A DNA stretch of 63,877 nucleotides, filler included, from Pseudogymnoascus verrucosus (Eukaryota), in NCBI GenBank assembly GCA_001662655.1. It is 7 parts of 7 records of this genome, joined end to end, with 100 filler letters (N's around TTAATTAATTAA, not from the genome) between each part and the next. Parts side by side here need not be neighbours in the genome. Positions count along the whole stretch, not along the records: positions 10,901 to 20,908 come from KV460310.1; positions 21,009 to 30,868 come from KV460311.1; 5 more parts are not named here. One strand, 5' to 3'. The translations under genes and the position numbers were made by a program. Below the pieces are notes generated by a model that was not told the DNA's origin, did not search any database, and worked only from the letters and a program-made list of their open reading frames with translations. Positions 12,883 through 24,693 of this stretch are shown here, piece after piece; the first letter of the stretch is position 1, and each line of letters begins with the position of its first letter.

Positions 12883-13123
12883 TAGGGTAATTTAAACTTA
12901 TTAATAGGATATAAATAATAGCACTAGTAGTACTAGCGTTTTTAAATGAAGTAAACACCTATATATAGAACCTAAGTTTTAAATAGTTAAGGTGTATGAT
13001 TTTTATTAGCAGAGATTTTTAGATTTTTAGTTTTATAAACATAAGTACCTTTACATACAAATTTGGCTGTAAAGGTACATTAGGCCCATTACGCCATTAG
13101 ACCCATTACGCCATGACTTACGT
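12883..13123. mobile_element. Truncated MITE, TIR core CGTAATGGG(T/C)CT
   Basis: Half of the common MITE body plus a single TIR ending GACTTACGT|TA. Confidence 0.75.
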
Positions 13124-13990
13124 TATGTGTTCTAAGTTATTATGTATGTTTGTTGTTTCTTTGTTTACATGTAATAGTGTTATTATGTATATTACTACTC
13201 TAACGCATACGTAATAATAGTGTTACATGTAAACAAACAACAAACAATAAACAAACAACAAATTCACGTGATAACTTAGAGCACGGTAGGAACAACAAAC
13301 TACGTAATAACCTAGAGCATAGGTGTAGAAGATATAGCTCATGTGATAACTTAGGACACAGGTAGAATAGTACACTAGTAGGTTTATATGAAAGGGTTTT
13401 CCTTTAACGTAAGTCGTGGCGTAACCGGGCTAATGGCGTAACCGGGCTATGTACCTTTGCAGCAGAATTTATATATGAAGGTACTTAAATCTACAAACTT
13501 TAAACTTAAATAACTCTATTAATAAAATTATTAGAACTTATTCCTTATAGACTATTACTCTTTATATACTAATATACTATAGTTAAATTTTGAAGAACGT
13601 AAGCTAGCCTTATTAAAGAGTTATTTATAGTTTAAGTTTTGCTATACTAATATTTTGTATAGTAAAAGTTTAAACCTTAATATCTCTTAGAAAACAAATC
13701 TAGCACTACTAGCGTTTTTATGCATATTAGATTAGCATATAAAGAATAATAGTCTAAGAGGATTAAGGTTTATAATCACTATTATAAAAGTTATTAGGGT
13801 TTTAAATCTAGTTACGTGTCCTTCGATTTGGTGGGGTGAGTAGGTAGCCCGGTTACGCCATTAGCCCGGTTACGCCACGACTTACGTTATACGAACGTAG
13901 AATTAAACGTTTAGAAAGTTTTTTTCTAAGACTTAAACCTATAATAAAGCCAACAAAGTCTAATAAAAGCACATTTATTATCATAAAAAT
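13124..13990 (-). repeat. Unclassified AT-rich dispersed repeat (family Y); hosts MITE insertions
   Basis: Reverse complement of GTTGGCTTTAT..TTAAGTCTTAG..TTTCTAAA..AAACCTACTAG plus GTTCTA(A/G)GTTAT sub-repeats. Related sequence lies at ~22122-22460, 38330-39500, 40346-41300, 58130-58241 and 61447-61890. Confidence 0.6.
13407..13887. mobile_element. MITE, 481 bp, TIR core CGTAACCGGGCT
   Basis: Matching TIRs and TA TSD. A near-identical inverted copy lies at 22587-23067. Confidence 0.9.
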
Positions 13991-14091
13991 GGGCATGTAA
14001 AAGCTAGACGGTTCCTTAAATATCGTAAATTAAAAAAGGATTATAAGTCTAAGTTATCTTAAAAGAAGAGTAACTACAAGGATAATAAGAA

Positions 14092-14512
14092 CGGTTAATG
14101 ACTAAATTGCCACCTAAAATATCAAAAAGGACTGAATTACCACCTAACTGTTTTAAAATGACCAAATTGCCACCCTATAAATTTACAACTTAACTTAACT
14201 TATCTATAATAGTACTCTACACTTTAACTTAAAACATAACTTAGTTACTAGTATCACTACTTACTTATAACTATTAATTAAGCATATATAACACTATAAA
14301 GGCTTTGTAATAAGCATACTATGTTTTAGTCATGTAACATACTACTTTATATAAGCATAATTTATTACTAGAGTTAAGGGTAAGCTACAGATTATTTTAG
14401 AGCTAACTTATGTTCTATATTAAGAGTAGATATAGATAATAGCTAAGTTAAATTGTAGAGTACTATTATAGGTAAGTTAACTTAAGTTGTACATTTATAG
14501 GGTGGCAATTTA
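14092..14512. mobile_element. Non-autonomous Mutator-like (MULE) element, left part; remainder at 19508-19580
   Basis: Long (~130 bp) TIRs with three GAC(T/C)(G/A)AATT(G/A)CCACC sub-repeats. The 9-bp TSD TAATAAGAA is at 14083-14091 and, reverse-complemented, at 19499-19507. Confidence 0.8.
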
Positions 14513-15021
14513 ACGTAGGTCGTGGCGTAATCGGGAGTATGGCGTAATCGGGAGGAGGTACCTTTATAGCAAACTTAGTATGAAAAGGTACTTAATTTTT
14601 AAAAAATTAATTAATTTATAATGCCTTTAATAAAAATATTAGGGCTTATCCCTTTTATATATAGGAAGTGTATAAGGCTACCTAATGTATACGAAAACAC
14701 TAGTAGCGCTAGCGTCTTTCTACACAAGTTATTTAAGTTTTAAAGTTTTGCTATATAAAATTTTAGTATAGTAAGTCTAAAACTGCTAATAACTTTATAA
14801 GCACACTAGCTTACATACTAGCGTTATTAATTATTAATGTATATGTGTATGAAGATCATAAGCATAAAAGGACTAAGCCTTAAAATGCCAATTACAGAAG
14901 TTATTAAGAGTTAAAGAGTAGATCATGTAATCCTTAGTTTTGCTGTGGCAGTCGGTTTGATGGGGTCGCTTACCCCACTATCCCGATTACGCCATCCTCC
15001 CGATTACGCCACGACCTACGT
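14513..15021. mobile_element. MITE, 509 bp, TIR core CGTAATCGGGA; left breakpoint of the inversion
   Basis: Matching TIRs and TA flanks. An inverted copy of the same length is at 19581-20089. Confidence 0.9.
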
Positions 15022-15048
15022 TAGTCCCGGTATGGCCATGACCTACGT

Positions 15049-15360
15049 TAGAGTATAGAATAAGGGTAAGAGAGTAGTTTTAAAGGGTTAATTCCACATT
15101 TCTACAGAAGAACTCCAGTTGCAAGTTATAGAAGCAGAAGCAGCAACAGCCACAGCTTTACAGAGGCCTAGAACAACACCACAACCTATAAACAAAGCTA
15201 TAATTAAGGAAATAGATGAAGAGAGCGAAGAAGAGCCTTCTAAGGATAATATAGATGAATTAGGGTGGTAGTAATTGAATTATTTGCAATTTTCTAAGTT
15301 AGTAGTTTTATAGTTTAGTTCTAGATTTTAGTAGGGTTTGGCAATTAAGTTAGTATAGCC
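15049..15360 (+). mobile_element. pogo/Fot1-like transposase 3' fragment with a degenerate end
   Basis: NKGKR..LKG..FHISTEEL..DELGW* homology, RIP-damaged. Confidence 0.75.
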
Positions 15361-15490
15361 ACAACATATGTTAGTAATTCTATAATAACTGTTATTTTAA
15401 TACCTTAAAAAAAGCAAATCTTATAGAACTAATACTTATAAAGTAGGTATATATATATATATATAAGATAAATAAAAAATAGCTTCTTTA

Positions 15491-15556
15491 TAAAGGATAA
15501 GATATAACTAGTTAAAGGATAAGATATAACTAGCTAAAGGATAAGATATAACTAGT
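15491..15556 (+). repeat. Tandem repeat, 3 x 22 bp (TAAAGGATAAGATATAACTAG(T/C))
   Basis: Directly visible. It may be the terminal or subterminal repeat array of the adjacent pogo relic. Confidence 0.85.
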
Positions 15557-15699
15557 TATCTAAGGTAGCTTATAACATTTATCTAACTTTAATAAGGTCT
15601 ATAGTAATGTTCCTTATTCTACCCTCTATTAATTATTATGCTTATAGACAACCCTTAATAAAAGAGAAGGCTTAAGGCTAATAGTACCTCTAGCTATAG

Positions 15700-16270
15700 G
15701 TAGAGGATGTCATTATTAACTTTATGTTATAAATGTACAATCTAGGACAACTAATATAAATTAAGTTTATCCCTTCCTTAGCCTTTAGCATTACTTACTA
15801 GCAACCTAAGGTAGATAGGCTTAAACCTCCTAGGAAGAATTAGACTAAGGCTTTAGAGAAGTGACATCTAAGACTCTAAGTAAGAAGAGTTAGCCCGTTG
15901 GACTAGAACTGCTATAAGAAAAATATATAGGAAGGTCATACACTAGTTTAAGGTAATTAGAAAGATACTATAAGACCCTGCTATTTTAGTAGAGAATGTC
16001 TATAATATAGACGAAACTAGGGTAATGTTATCTATGCCTAGCTCTGTTAAAGTCCTTGTAGGTAAGTAAGGATGACAGACGAAACTATCGAGGCGCGTAT
16101 GTTAAACGAACAACAGCAACAGCAATAGAATGCATTAGTGCTAATGGTATGTATATTGACCCTATGATTATTTAGCCAGCTAGTACGTATCGAAGCAACT
16201 AGACCACGTTCCCTCCCCCCGGATACCGATTCTAAAATCAGCTTCGAGTGGCTGAAGCGTATATTTAATC
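15700..16270 (+). pseudogene. RIP-destroyed transposase of a second pogo/Fot1 family
   Basis: IKFIPSLAFS..KPPRKN*TKALEK*H..LD*N, ENVYNIDET, VKRTTATAIECISA and DPMII*PAST motifs, with many TAA/TAG stops. Confidence 0.8.
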
Positions 16271-16648
16271 CACTCCCGGATTTCGGCGTGTGGGGAAGAG
16301 ATACAGGGATGAATCGTAGGAGAGGCTAAGCTTTCGGGAAACGTGGAGAAGCTAACCTTCGGTTATTAAATTTCACGTCCTGTGACAGGCGGTGACCTGA
16401 TCCCTGTCCCTACGCCTCTAGACCCAACACACACGTCGCTGCCTTGCGCGCGTCTCTACTGCCCCAACCCAAATCGCTCTCATTTAGTTTTACTCTCCTA
16501 CTAGAGGAATGAATATCTCAACCCCGGTGAAATAGCGTTCTCTAAGCTAACCTAATCATTCTCGCCAGAGGTGTTGTCCTGGGCCAGCCTCGTCGCTACC
16601 TACATCAGGCCAATAGCCCCGCCTTGGCCCAGAACGTCCGTACGAGCC

Positions 16649-19267
16649 ATGAGCTTTGGATTCGGGGTTGGTGATTTTCTCGCCGTCATACACAGTCTCA
16701 AGCGCATCTCCGAGGAGGTACAGGGTTATAGGGATGCGCCGCAGCACTTCCAGCAGCTTAACGCTGAGCTCAGACTTTTGGAGAGTACGCTTCAATGTGT
16801 GCTTCAGATCCAGACAACAGATGTCAATGAGCTTGCTGGCCTTGAGCGGATAAGGCTGATTGTAATGCATTGCCAGCAGCCCTTGCAGGCCTTCATTAAC
16901 AAGATAAGGTCGAAGGAATCTAGCTTAGGCCATTTTAGGAGTGCAGGGACGATTAGTGCTGTCGGGGAAAGGCTTCACTGGAGTTTGATTAGGAGGAAGG
17001 ATGTAGAAGATCTAAGGAAAGTGATTGTTTCAGAGATGGTGGCTATTAATATTTTGTTAGGCTTGCAGCAACTGTAAGTTGGTCTGGGCACTGACAGTAA
17101 GATTGGATGCACTAAGACTTTCCTAGAACGTATCTGAGGACGCTCGAAAAGGATGAATTGGTATTTAGAAGCGATGCTCGACAGCATTTCGCTGCTTCTA
17201 AAGCACTTCTTACCAATACCATCGATATCTTGAGCAGTGTTGAGACACTACCACATGAGATCCGGCATCTACGAGGGTCTTTCGCTAGTCATGCTTCAAA
17301 AAATAACAAGTTTCAGGGAAAGATTACAGAAGGTGTTAGCACCATTACTGTAAATACGGAATTGATTATATCTCAGGGTAAGAAAGCTCTCGAGAGTGCG
17401 CACAGCATCGGAAACCAGGCTGCTAAGATCATGGCTACAATTTCATCCCTTATGGCGAACGTACATAGACTGATGAAGCTGTAAGTTGGGTTTTATTTTT
17501 TATTTTTTACTGCTAATATACCGACAGACTTGGGGAGTTTTCGAAAGAAGTTCTCGGCCAGATTGCAAAAAACACGTGAGCAACAATCGCCGTTTACACT
17601 CCCTTTCTGTCAGACCTAATCATTTATTTACAGACAAATGCTCTTGGATATTCATGCGAAAATAAAGCAGATCCTTCGTGCCATTGATGCGATCCCTCTA
17701 CATCTCACCCTTGATATCGTGAGATTTGATGACGCACTTGGTGAGAGTTGGGCACTGCCATTCCAAGCCTGCAGGGAATGGGAGGTAAGTCATATCTTAT
17801 CCTAAACTCAGCCAGCTATAATACCTTCTCATATAAACAGAGATTATCTAGGCATTGGTAAATCTTAGTTGCTAACGGTGATTAGACATTCAAAGACATT
17901 TTACAAACGGTAGTCTTTAGAAACAATCGGATAGGATCCAATCGAGTTGCATTAGGACAGTTCATGATCATATCCGCGAGAGATAACTCAGTCTTCCAAT
18001 CATATACATGGAAATCTAACATCAAACCTGGTGCACATATCTCTCAGTCAATGGTCGTCTCGAAGCAAACCATAGGAGACCGTTGTCAGTTCCCGTCGTG
18101 TAACGAGCCCTTGACCGATTTACGCAAATCAGAACGCGGCTATAGTTGGTATGTTTATACCTACTAAACACGGTATTAAGAAGCTGGGATAATAATTGCA
18201 GGGAGATTAGTAAAAAATGTGGCCGCTGGTCTGTTATATACGGACGAACTACAAATCTGCTGCAACTCGCTGCATCTGGGGACACAAACTACCCTCTTCT
18301 GATCGGGGAAGATCAAACACCTCGGGCACCTAATATTAAAGGCCCCTCCCTACCCCCAGTGCAAACTCTCCAAGAAGATTTTAGCTCTTTTCGAAGAATC
18401 CATGTCTACCATGCTATGAGCCCCATTGCGACTCTCGAGGAAGCGCATGCACTTCTGGATGAGGATCCAGAGAGCGCAAGGGCCCTTCAATTCATTGCTT
18501 GGTTCAATTACCCTCACAGGGACAATATTGCAGAGGAGCCGCGCAAGGTAGATCGTCTGAGGTCTACTATTGATTTACTAGAAAGATCAATTAGGTCAGG
18601 TAAGTTGTTCCTTAATTTGCGATTAAATATTTCAAGATACTAAAAGCAAAATCAGATCCCCTTGACAGCCAGACCTGGTATCTCCTTGGGAGAGCATTTA
18701 TGGACATCGGCCAAGTGGAGAAGGCCTACGAGAATTACCAGCAGGCTATCTACAGGGAAGGTGCATTTCCAGGATATTGGCATTCCGTCGGAGTGCTATA
18801 CTACGTGATAAACCAATTTCTAGACAGTTTTGATGCATTTACACGGAGTGTGAGACTTAACCCTTACATCCCGGAAGCATGGTATTGCCTGGGCGTCTTG
18901 GTATGTGATAAGAAGCGTAAGCCTTCAGAGAACAATAGCTTATAATTGCCCCTTATAGTATGAATCAGCCGAAAACCAGCCCAACGACGCTGCTGAAGGC
19001 TACGAACGGTATCTAAAGCTCTCACAAACCCCGGATGCCACCACTACGGCTCGACATAAGCACCTGCTCCAGGTAGCCGCGAGTGAGGCCAACTCCAGCA
19101 AGGTACCGCCGCTACCAATGAGGGATGTCGACCTTCGGGGGAAATCGCACCAGCAGCAGAGTGCAGAACATTACGAGAACATTCGGATTCCAGGATTGGC
19201 TATACGAGATGCGGTCGATAGTGAGGGAGATTGGAGCGATACAGATCTAGATGAAGATGATAATTGA
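16649..19267 (+). CDS. Multi-exon protein: fungal HeLo-like/STAND-type N-terminal domain, ubiquitin-like domain, Cys4 zinc-ribbon-like motif and Ssn6/Cyc8-like TPR repeats
   Basis: Starts MSFGFGVGDFLAV (typical of fungal NLR N-termini). Contains the ULD-type motif VRFDDALGESWALPFQACREWE, CQFPSC..C..C, and TPRs DSQTWYLLGRAFM..AYENYQQAIYREG..YWHSVGVLYYVINQFLDSFDAFTRSVRLNPYIPEAWYCLGVLYE. About seven GT-AG introns (e.g. 17074-17126, 18901-18958); stop TGA at 19265-19267. Confidence 0.8.
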
Positions 19268-19507
19268 GCTCATGGTGATGGTAGGAAGAGATCTCATAGT
19301 AATTCAATGTAAAATGTAATCAGGCAGAGTACACAGCTAGAAGTGTTCCTGAAATAGACAGGTAGAAAACCACCGACGCCTAATTCGCCTTTTACTGTAT
19401 AGGACGAGATAATCCATGTTTATATTAGCATCATCCCCCCCCAAACTGGCTAGAGAGGAATTAAGGCAGTTAGCCATAATACTTTAGAGGCTTCTATTTT
19501 CTTATTA

Positions 19508-19580
19508 CGGTTAATGACTGAATTGCCACCTAAAATATTAAAAAGGACTGAATTGCCACCTAACTGTTTTAAAATGACTA
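19508..19580. mobile_element. Displaced, inverted right TIR end of the MULE-like element at 14092
   Basis: Its reverse complement continues exactly from GGTGGCAATT|TA at 14512 and ends at the matching 9-bp TSD. Confidence 0.82.
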
Positions 19581-20089
19581 ACGTAGGTCGTGGCGTAATC
19601 GGGAGGATGGCGTAATCGGGATAGTAGGGTAAGCGACCCCATCAAACTGACTGCCACAGCAAAACTAAGGATTACATGATCTACTCTTTAACTCTTAATA
19701 ACTTCTATAATTAGCATTTTAATGCTTAGCCCTTTTATGCTTATGATCTTCATACACATATACATTAATAATTAATAACGCTAGTATGTAAGCTAGTGTG
19801 CTTATAAAGTTATTAGCAGTTTTAGACTTACTATACTAAAATTTTATATAGCAAAACTTTAAAACTTAAATAACTTGTGTAGAAAGACGCTAGCGCTACT
19901 AGTGTTTTCGTATACATTAGGTAGCCTTATACACTTCCTATATATAAAAGGGATAAGCCCTAATATTTTTATTAAAGGCATTATAAATTAATTAAATTTT
20001 TAAAAATTAAGTACCTTTTCATACTAAGTTTGCTGTAAAGGTACCTCCTCCCGATTACGCCATACTCCCGATTACGCCACGACCTACGT
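19581..20089. mobile_element. MITE, 509 bp, TIR core CGTAATCGGGA; right breakpoint of the inversion
   Basis: Near-identical inverted copy of 14513-15021. Confidence 0.9.
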
Positions 20090-20510
20090 TATGGCCATAC
20101 CGGGAATCCGGCAACCACCACCAAATAGAGGGTCACGTGACTAAAATGAAAACCTTAATAACTTTTTAATTAGTAGATGTATAGCCTAGCCCTCTTATAT
20201 TAACGATATTTATATAGTTATCTAATATATATGAAAACATTAGTAGTACTAGTTGTGTTTTATAAGAGATATTAAGGTTTAAACTTTTACTATACAAAAT
20301 ATTTATATAGCAAAACTTAAACTATAAATAACTCCTTTCTAAGGCTAGCTTACACTCTAAAACATTTAGCTATAGTATATATGTAGATAAAGAGTAAGAA
20401 CATAAGAGGATTAAGCTTTATAGGCACTATTGTAAAAGTTATTACAGTTTTCATTTAGGTCACGTGACTCTTTATTTAGTGGTGGTTGCCGGATTCCCGG
20501 TATGGCCATA
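20090..20510. mobile_element. MITE, TIR core CCATACCGGGA, with both TIRs interrupted
   Basis: The outer 27 bp of its left TIR are displaced to 15022-15048 (inverted). The right TIR is interrupted at TA 20509-20510 by another MITE. Confidence 0.85.
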
Positions 20511-20908
20511 ACGTAGGTCATGGCCTAAAGGGCTACATGGCCTAAAGGGCTATTCTAGAAACCACACCAAAATCCACGTCATGTGACTAAAATTAAAACC
20601 TTAATAACTTCTGTAATAATGGTTATAAATCTTAATGCTCTTAGACTATTACTCTTTATATAATCATCTAATATATGTAAAAACGCTAGTAGCGCTAGTC
20701 TTATTTTACAATAAATATTAAGGCTTTAACTTTTACTATATAAAATATTTATATAGTAAAACTTAAACTATAAATAACTCTTTAATAAGACTAGCTTACA
20801 TTATTACAAATTAAACCCTAATGTATGCATATATAAAGAGTAATAATATAAGAGGATTAAGCTTTATAACAGTTAATTAAAAAGTTATTAAGGTTTTAAT
20901 TTTAGTCA
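20511..20908. mobile_element. MITE, TIR core CCTAAAGGGCT, running into a gap
   Basis: Near-identical to 11994-12464. Confidence 0.88.
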
Positions 20909-21008
20909 NNNNNNNNNNNNNNNNNNNNNNNNNNNNNNNNNNNNNNNNNNNNTTAATTAATTAANNNNNNNNNNNNNNNNNNNNNNNNNNNNNNNNNNNN
21001 NNNNNNNN

Positions 21009-21770
21009 GCTAAAACGTGTTTTTGAGCCCTCTATAAGAGCAAAAGCAACACAAAATGGACGACTACAGCAACGGCTCCTAATTTGCGATGGCCATGATA
21101 GCCATATAAGTGGAAGCTTTATATCACACTGTATACAGAATCGAATATCACTCCTTATTCTACCTCCTCATACATCTTATGTTCTACAGCCACTTAATGT
21201 TGCAATTTTTGGGCCCTTAAAGCAACACCTTACAACTGCTCTCTCACACCTAAATGAGGTGCAACTCCTACGAATACAGAAAGCAGAGTGGCTTGAAGCA
21301 TATATAAAAGCAAGAGCAGCTGCTTTTTCAACTTCAAATATCAATTCTGCTTGGAGAGGGAGTGGCCTACAGCCATTCCAACCACAAACAGTCATTCGAG
21401 CAGCTACACTTCCTACTACAGACGTAGTAGTATTAGAACGGCCACATACTCCTACAGAGCATGATATTTTTGAGAAGGTATTCTTAAACAGTAGTCCACC
21501 TGATTTTAATACCCTTCAAAAAGCGAATTCTGTGCTCTCTACAGCCTTAAATCAAGGTGTTTTGAATACTCCTACAAAGCGATATATCAATAAGTTAGCA
21601 GATGAGTCAGAACGCCTTAATACACGCAATACCCTTCAAAAAAGAGAGTGTAATAACTTACGTTCAATTATCCAAAAGCGAAGAACACAGAATAAGGGTA
21701 AAAGAGCAGTTTTGAAGGGTCAATTCCACATCTCAACAGAGGAGTTACGGTCGCAAGTTATAGAAGCAGA

Positions 21771-21806
<36 letters not shown>

Positions 21807-22029
21807 TTCACAGAGGCATAGAACAACACCACAACCTACCTCAATGGTTAACTTAACTAATAGTGAGAGTGAAGAAGAGAGCGAGGAGAGCGAAGATAAT
21901 GATATAGATGAATTAGGGTGGTAGTAATTGAATTATTTGCAATTTTTGAAGGTGGTAGTAGTTTGATGGGGTGGTTCTAACCCCACTATGCCGGTTACGC
22001 CATTGTGCCGGTTACGCCACGACTTACGT
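21009..22029 (+). mobile_element. pogo/Fot1-like transposon 3' half, TIR core CGTAACCGGCA
   Basis: LLICDGHDSH..LPPHTS.VLQPL motifs, ORF 21259-21924, TIR ending GACTTACGT|TA. Confidence 0.9.
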
Positions 22030-22121
22030 TAGTTTAAGTTTTATTTTTTGAAAATGTAAGTATCTTTACATACAAATTTAGCTGTAAAGGTACATTAGGC
22101 GCATTACGCCACGACTTACGT
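22030..22121. mobile_element. MITE end fragment with a single-unit TIR (core CGTAATGCGCCT)
   Basis: Subterminal GTAAAGGTAC module plus ACGCCACGACTTACGT|TA. Confidence 0.7.
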
Positions 22122-22586
22122 TATGTTCTAGGTTATTTATTACATAGTGTTGTAGTTCCTACATGTGTTCTAAGTTATTAATGTTAAAACATTAAACTAT
22201 GCAAATGTGGAACGCCCACTCTTGTAGTAGTCTTATGTCGGTTTATAAACTCTAACAATTACATTATGTAAGCGTTGTTTGTTTGTTTGTTTATGCATGA
22301 CATTCTCATTACGTGCATTAATACTCTAAAACTCTTTATATAAACCTTCTAGCGTACTATTTATTCTGTACAGGCTTAGGTTATCACGTAAGCTTTACCT
22401 TCTACAACCTATGTTCAAGTTATTATGTAGTTGTATAATTCCTAGTTATAAGTCATCATTATAAGCCTAGACAGCAACGTACTAGTAGGAACTAAGTAGA
22501 TCAGATCTGATTTCTTCTCTAACCGATTAAAGGCGAAATTAACGCTAAAGTTACCGTTAATAGACCGCAGAGCTGCATTAGCTGTA

Positions 22587-23067
22587 ACGTAAGTCGTGGC
22601 GTAACCGGGCTAATGGCGTAACCGGGCTACCTACTCACCCCACCAAATCGAAGGTCACGTAACTAGATTTAAAACCCTAATAACTTTTATAATAGTGATT
22701 ATAAACCTTAATCCTCTTAGACTATTATTCTTTATATGCTAATCTAATATGCATAAAAACGCTAGTAGTGCTAGATTTGTTTTCTAAGAGATATTAAGGT
22801 TTAAACTTTTACCATACAAAATATTAGTATAGCAAAACTTAAACTATAAATAACTCTTTAATAAGGCTAGCTTACGTTCTTCTAAATTTAACTATAGTAT
22901 ATTAGTATATAAAGAGTAATAGTCTATAAGGAATAAGTTCTAATAATTTTATTAATAGAGTTATTTAAGTTTAAAGTTTGTAGATTTAAGTACCTTCATA
23001 TATAAATTCTGCTGCAAAGGTACATAGCCCGGTTACGCCATTAGCCCAGTTACGCCACGACTTACGT
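22587..23067. mobile_element. MITE, 481 bp, TIR core CGTAACCGGGCT
   Basis: Matching TIRs, TA TSD; inverted copy of 13407-13887. Confidence 0.9.
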
Positions 23068-23960
23068 TATCGATCGATGCTGCCAAAAACTGGTTAGTAA
23101 GTAGTAAACTACTATAGGTGCCTATTACATGATGCTTTCTGTCCATAGAGATAAAGAACCTTGCTTAGAGAGTGGGTCCTATAACTTCTTGTTATAAGTA
23201 ATCTTAAACTCAAGCTATCACCTTATTCTAAGGGTCTAGTCGGCTTTAAAGCACGGCCTCATCTTAGATGTTAGACAGACAGCATGAGTAGGTGGTGAAG
23301 TACAGACATCGTTAAAACATAGCTTCTAGGGTTTGTTTCACTGCCATTAGAGTGTAGACTTCACCATAGCAGAACAGGAAGATAAATATCAAACTTCACA
23401 ATCTCTATAAGTTCATATTCCCTATGGCTGTGGAGTAACAAACGTGGTTAGACAACTAACTTGCGCTAGTTGAAGTTGTGACTGGATTTTCTCTTTAGTC
23501 TAGATATATTATTTTAAAAGGCATAGCAAAGACGGAGAAAAAGGAAAAGTCGGAAACTCTCGTCCTAGACCTGTCGATGACCTCTCTCCTTAGTCACTAG
23601 TGTCTCAATCTGCCCCTCGACCCAAATTTTCCGACTTTCCATCTTGGTCGTATTTACTCGCAGCACTACAAAGTTTCTGGCGAGAACTGGAGCACGGTAT
23701 AGTGTGAGTGTTTTGGGTTTAGCGGGACAGTTGCATCGGGAGTTGGATCAGCGGTGAATAAGAACATATAACTTTAAATTGACGACAACTATTGAGCGGG
23801 AAGTAGAATCTCTATGATTGATGCAGGCTTCGCTACTGTGAGAAGGCTTCTCCGTCTACAAGGAGGATCCTAGAGCATGGGTGCAATCTGCATCTTCTTC
23901 CTCATAAGAGTTTTTGATAATTTTGATAATTTGGGTGGCAATTCTAATATTAACCGTAAT

Positions 23961-24693
23961 TTATACCATCTCACTTGAGAGATCTTCAAAAGCTCGTACG
24001 ACATATTTTGTGCCTAATACCGAGACTATATTACCTTCTTTCCACTCCTCCTCACCCTCAAACTCGGAAATGCCAACTTCAGCAAAGGAAGGCACTCCTT
24101 CTACCTGGCCAACAGCATATATCACATTCCACTGTGCATTCTCATCTAAACTTTCACTCCGCACCGAAAATGAAAGATCGTCCTTTTGTCGTAACGCCAT
24201 GAATGACCCTGCTACTCGTCCTAAAAATGTGCCACCATGGGAACTGTCCTCGACAGTCTGAATAATCCAAGCACGTTTCGGTCCAGGCACTAGATCTAGC
24301 TTTCGCCACACCTCTTCATAATCCGTGACAGCATCATTCTTGTGCGCGCAAGGCATGGAGCCAGTCTCGAGATCATCGCCGTTTGGAAGCGGCGAGAATA
24401 TGCCTTCGTCTGGGTCCGATGGACCGAGGGAGTCTATTGCTTTGATCCAGCGGCATTTTACTATAAACGTGTTAGGGAATCACTAGGCAATAAGAAACTG
24501 CAGGGAACTTGCGAGGATTCTTGCTTAAAATTTGTCGCTCGCCCGCCATTGCCCAGTCGATGGATTGGTCTGCTTTGTTCACGCGGAGATCCATGAAATA
24601 GCCACCAACGTTCATGACGAGGGTATTGGTGAGCTCTTCGGGTTCATCTGGCACCCATCGAAGACTAATGCGCGTCGAAAGTCTAGCAGCCAT
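23961..24693 (-). CDS. HRI1: HRI1-family protein; GC-AG intron 24461-24512
   Basis: STRISLRWVPDEPEELTNTLVM..YFMDLRV..IDWAMAG joins in frame to LKCRWIKAIDS..DEGIFSPLPNGDDLETGSM..DYEEVWRKL. The family was recognised from recalled motifs. Confidence 0.75.
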
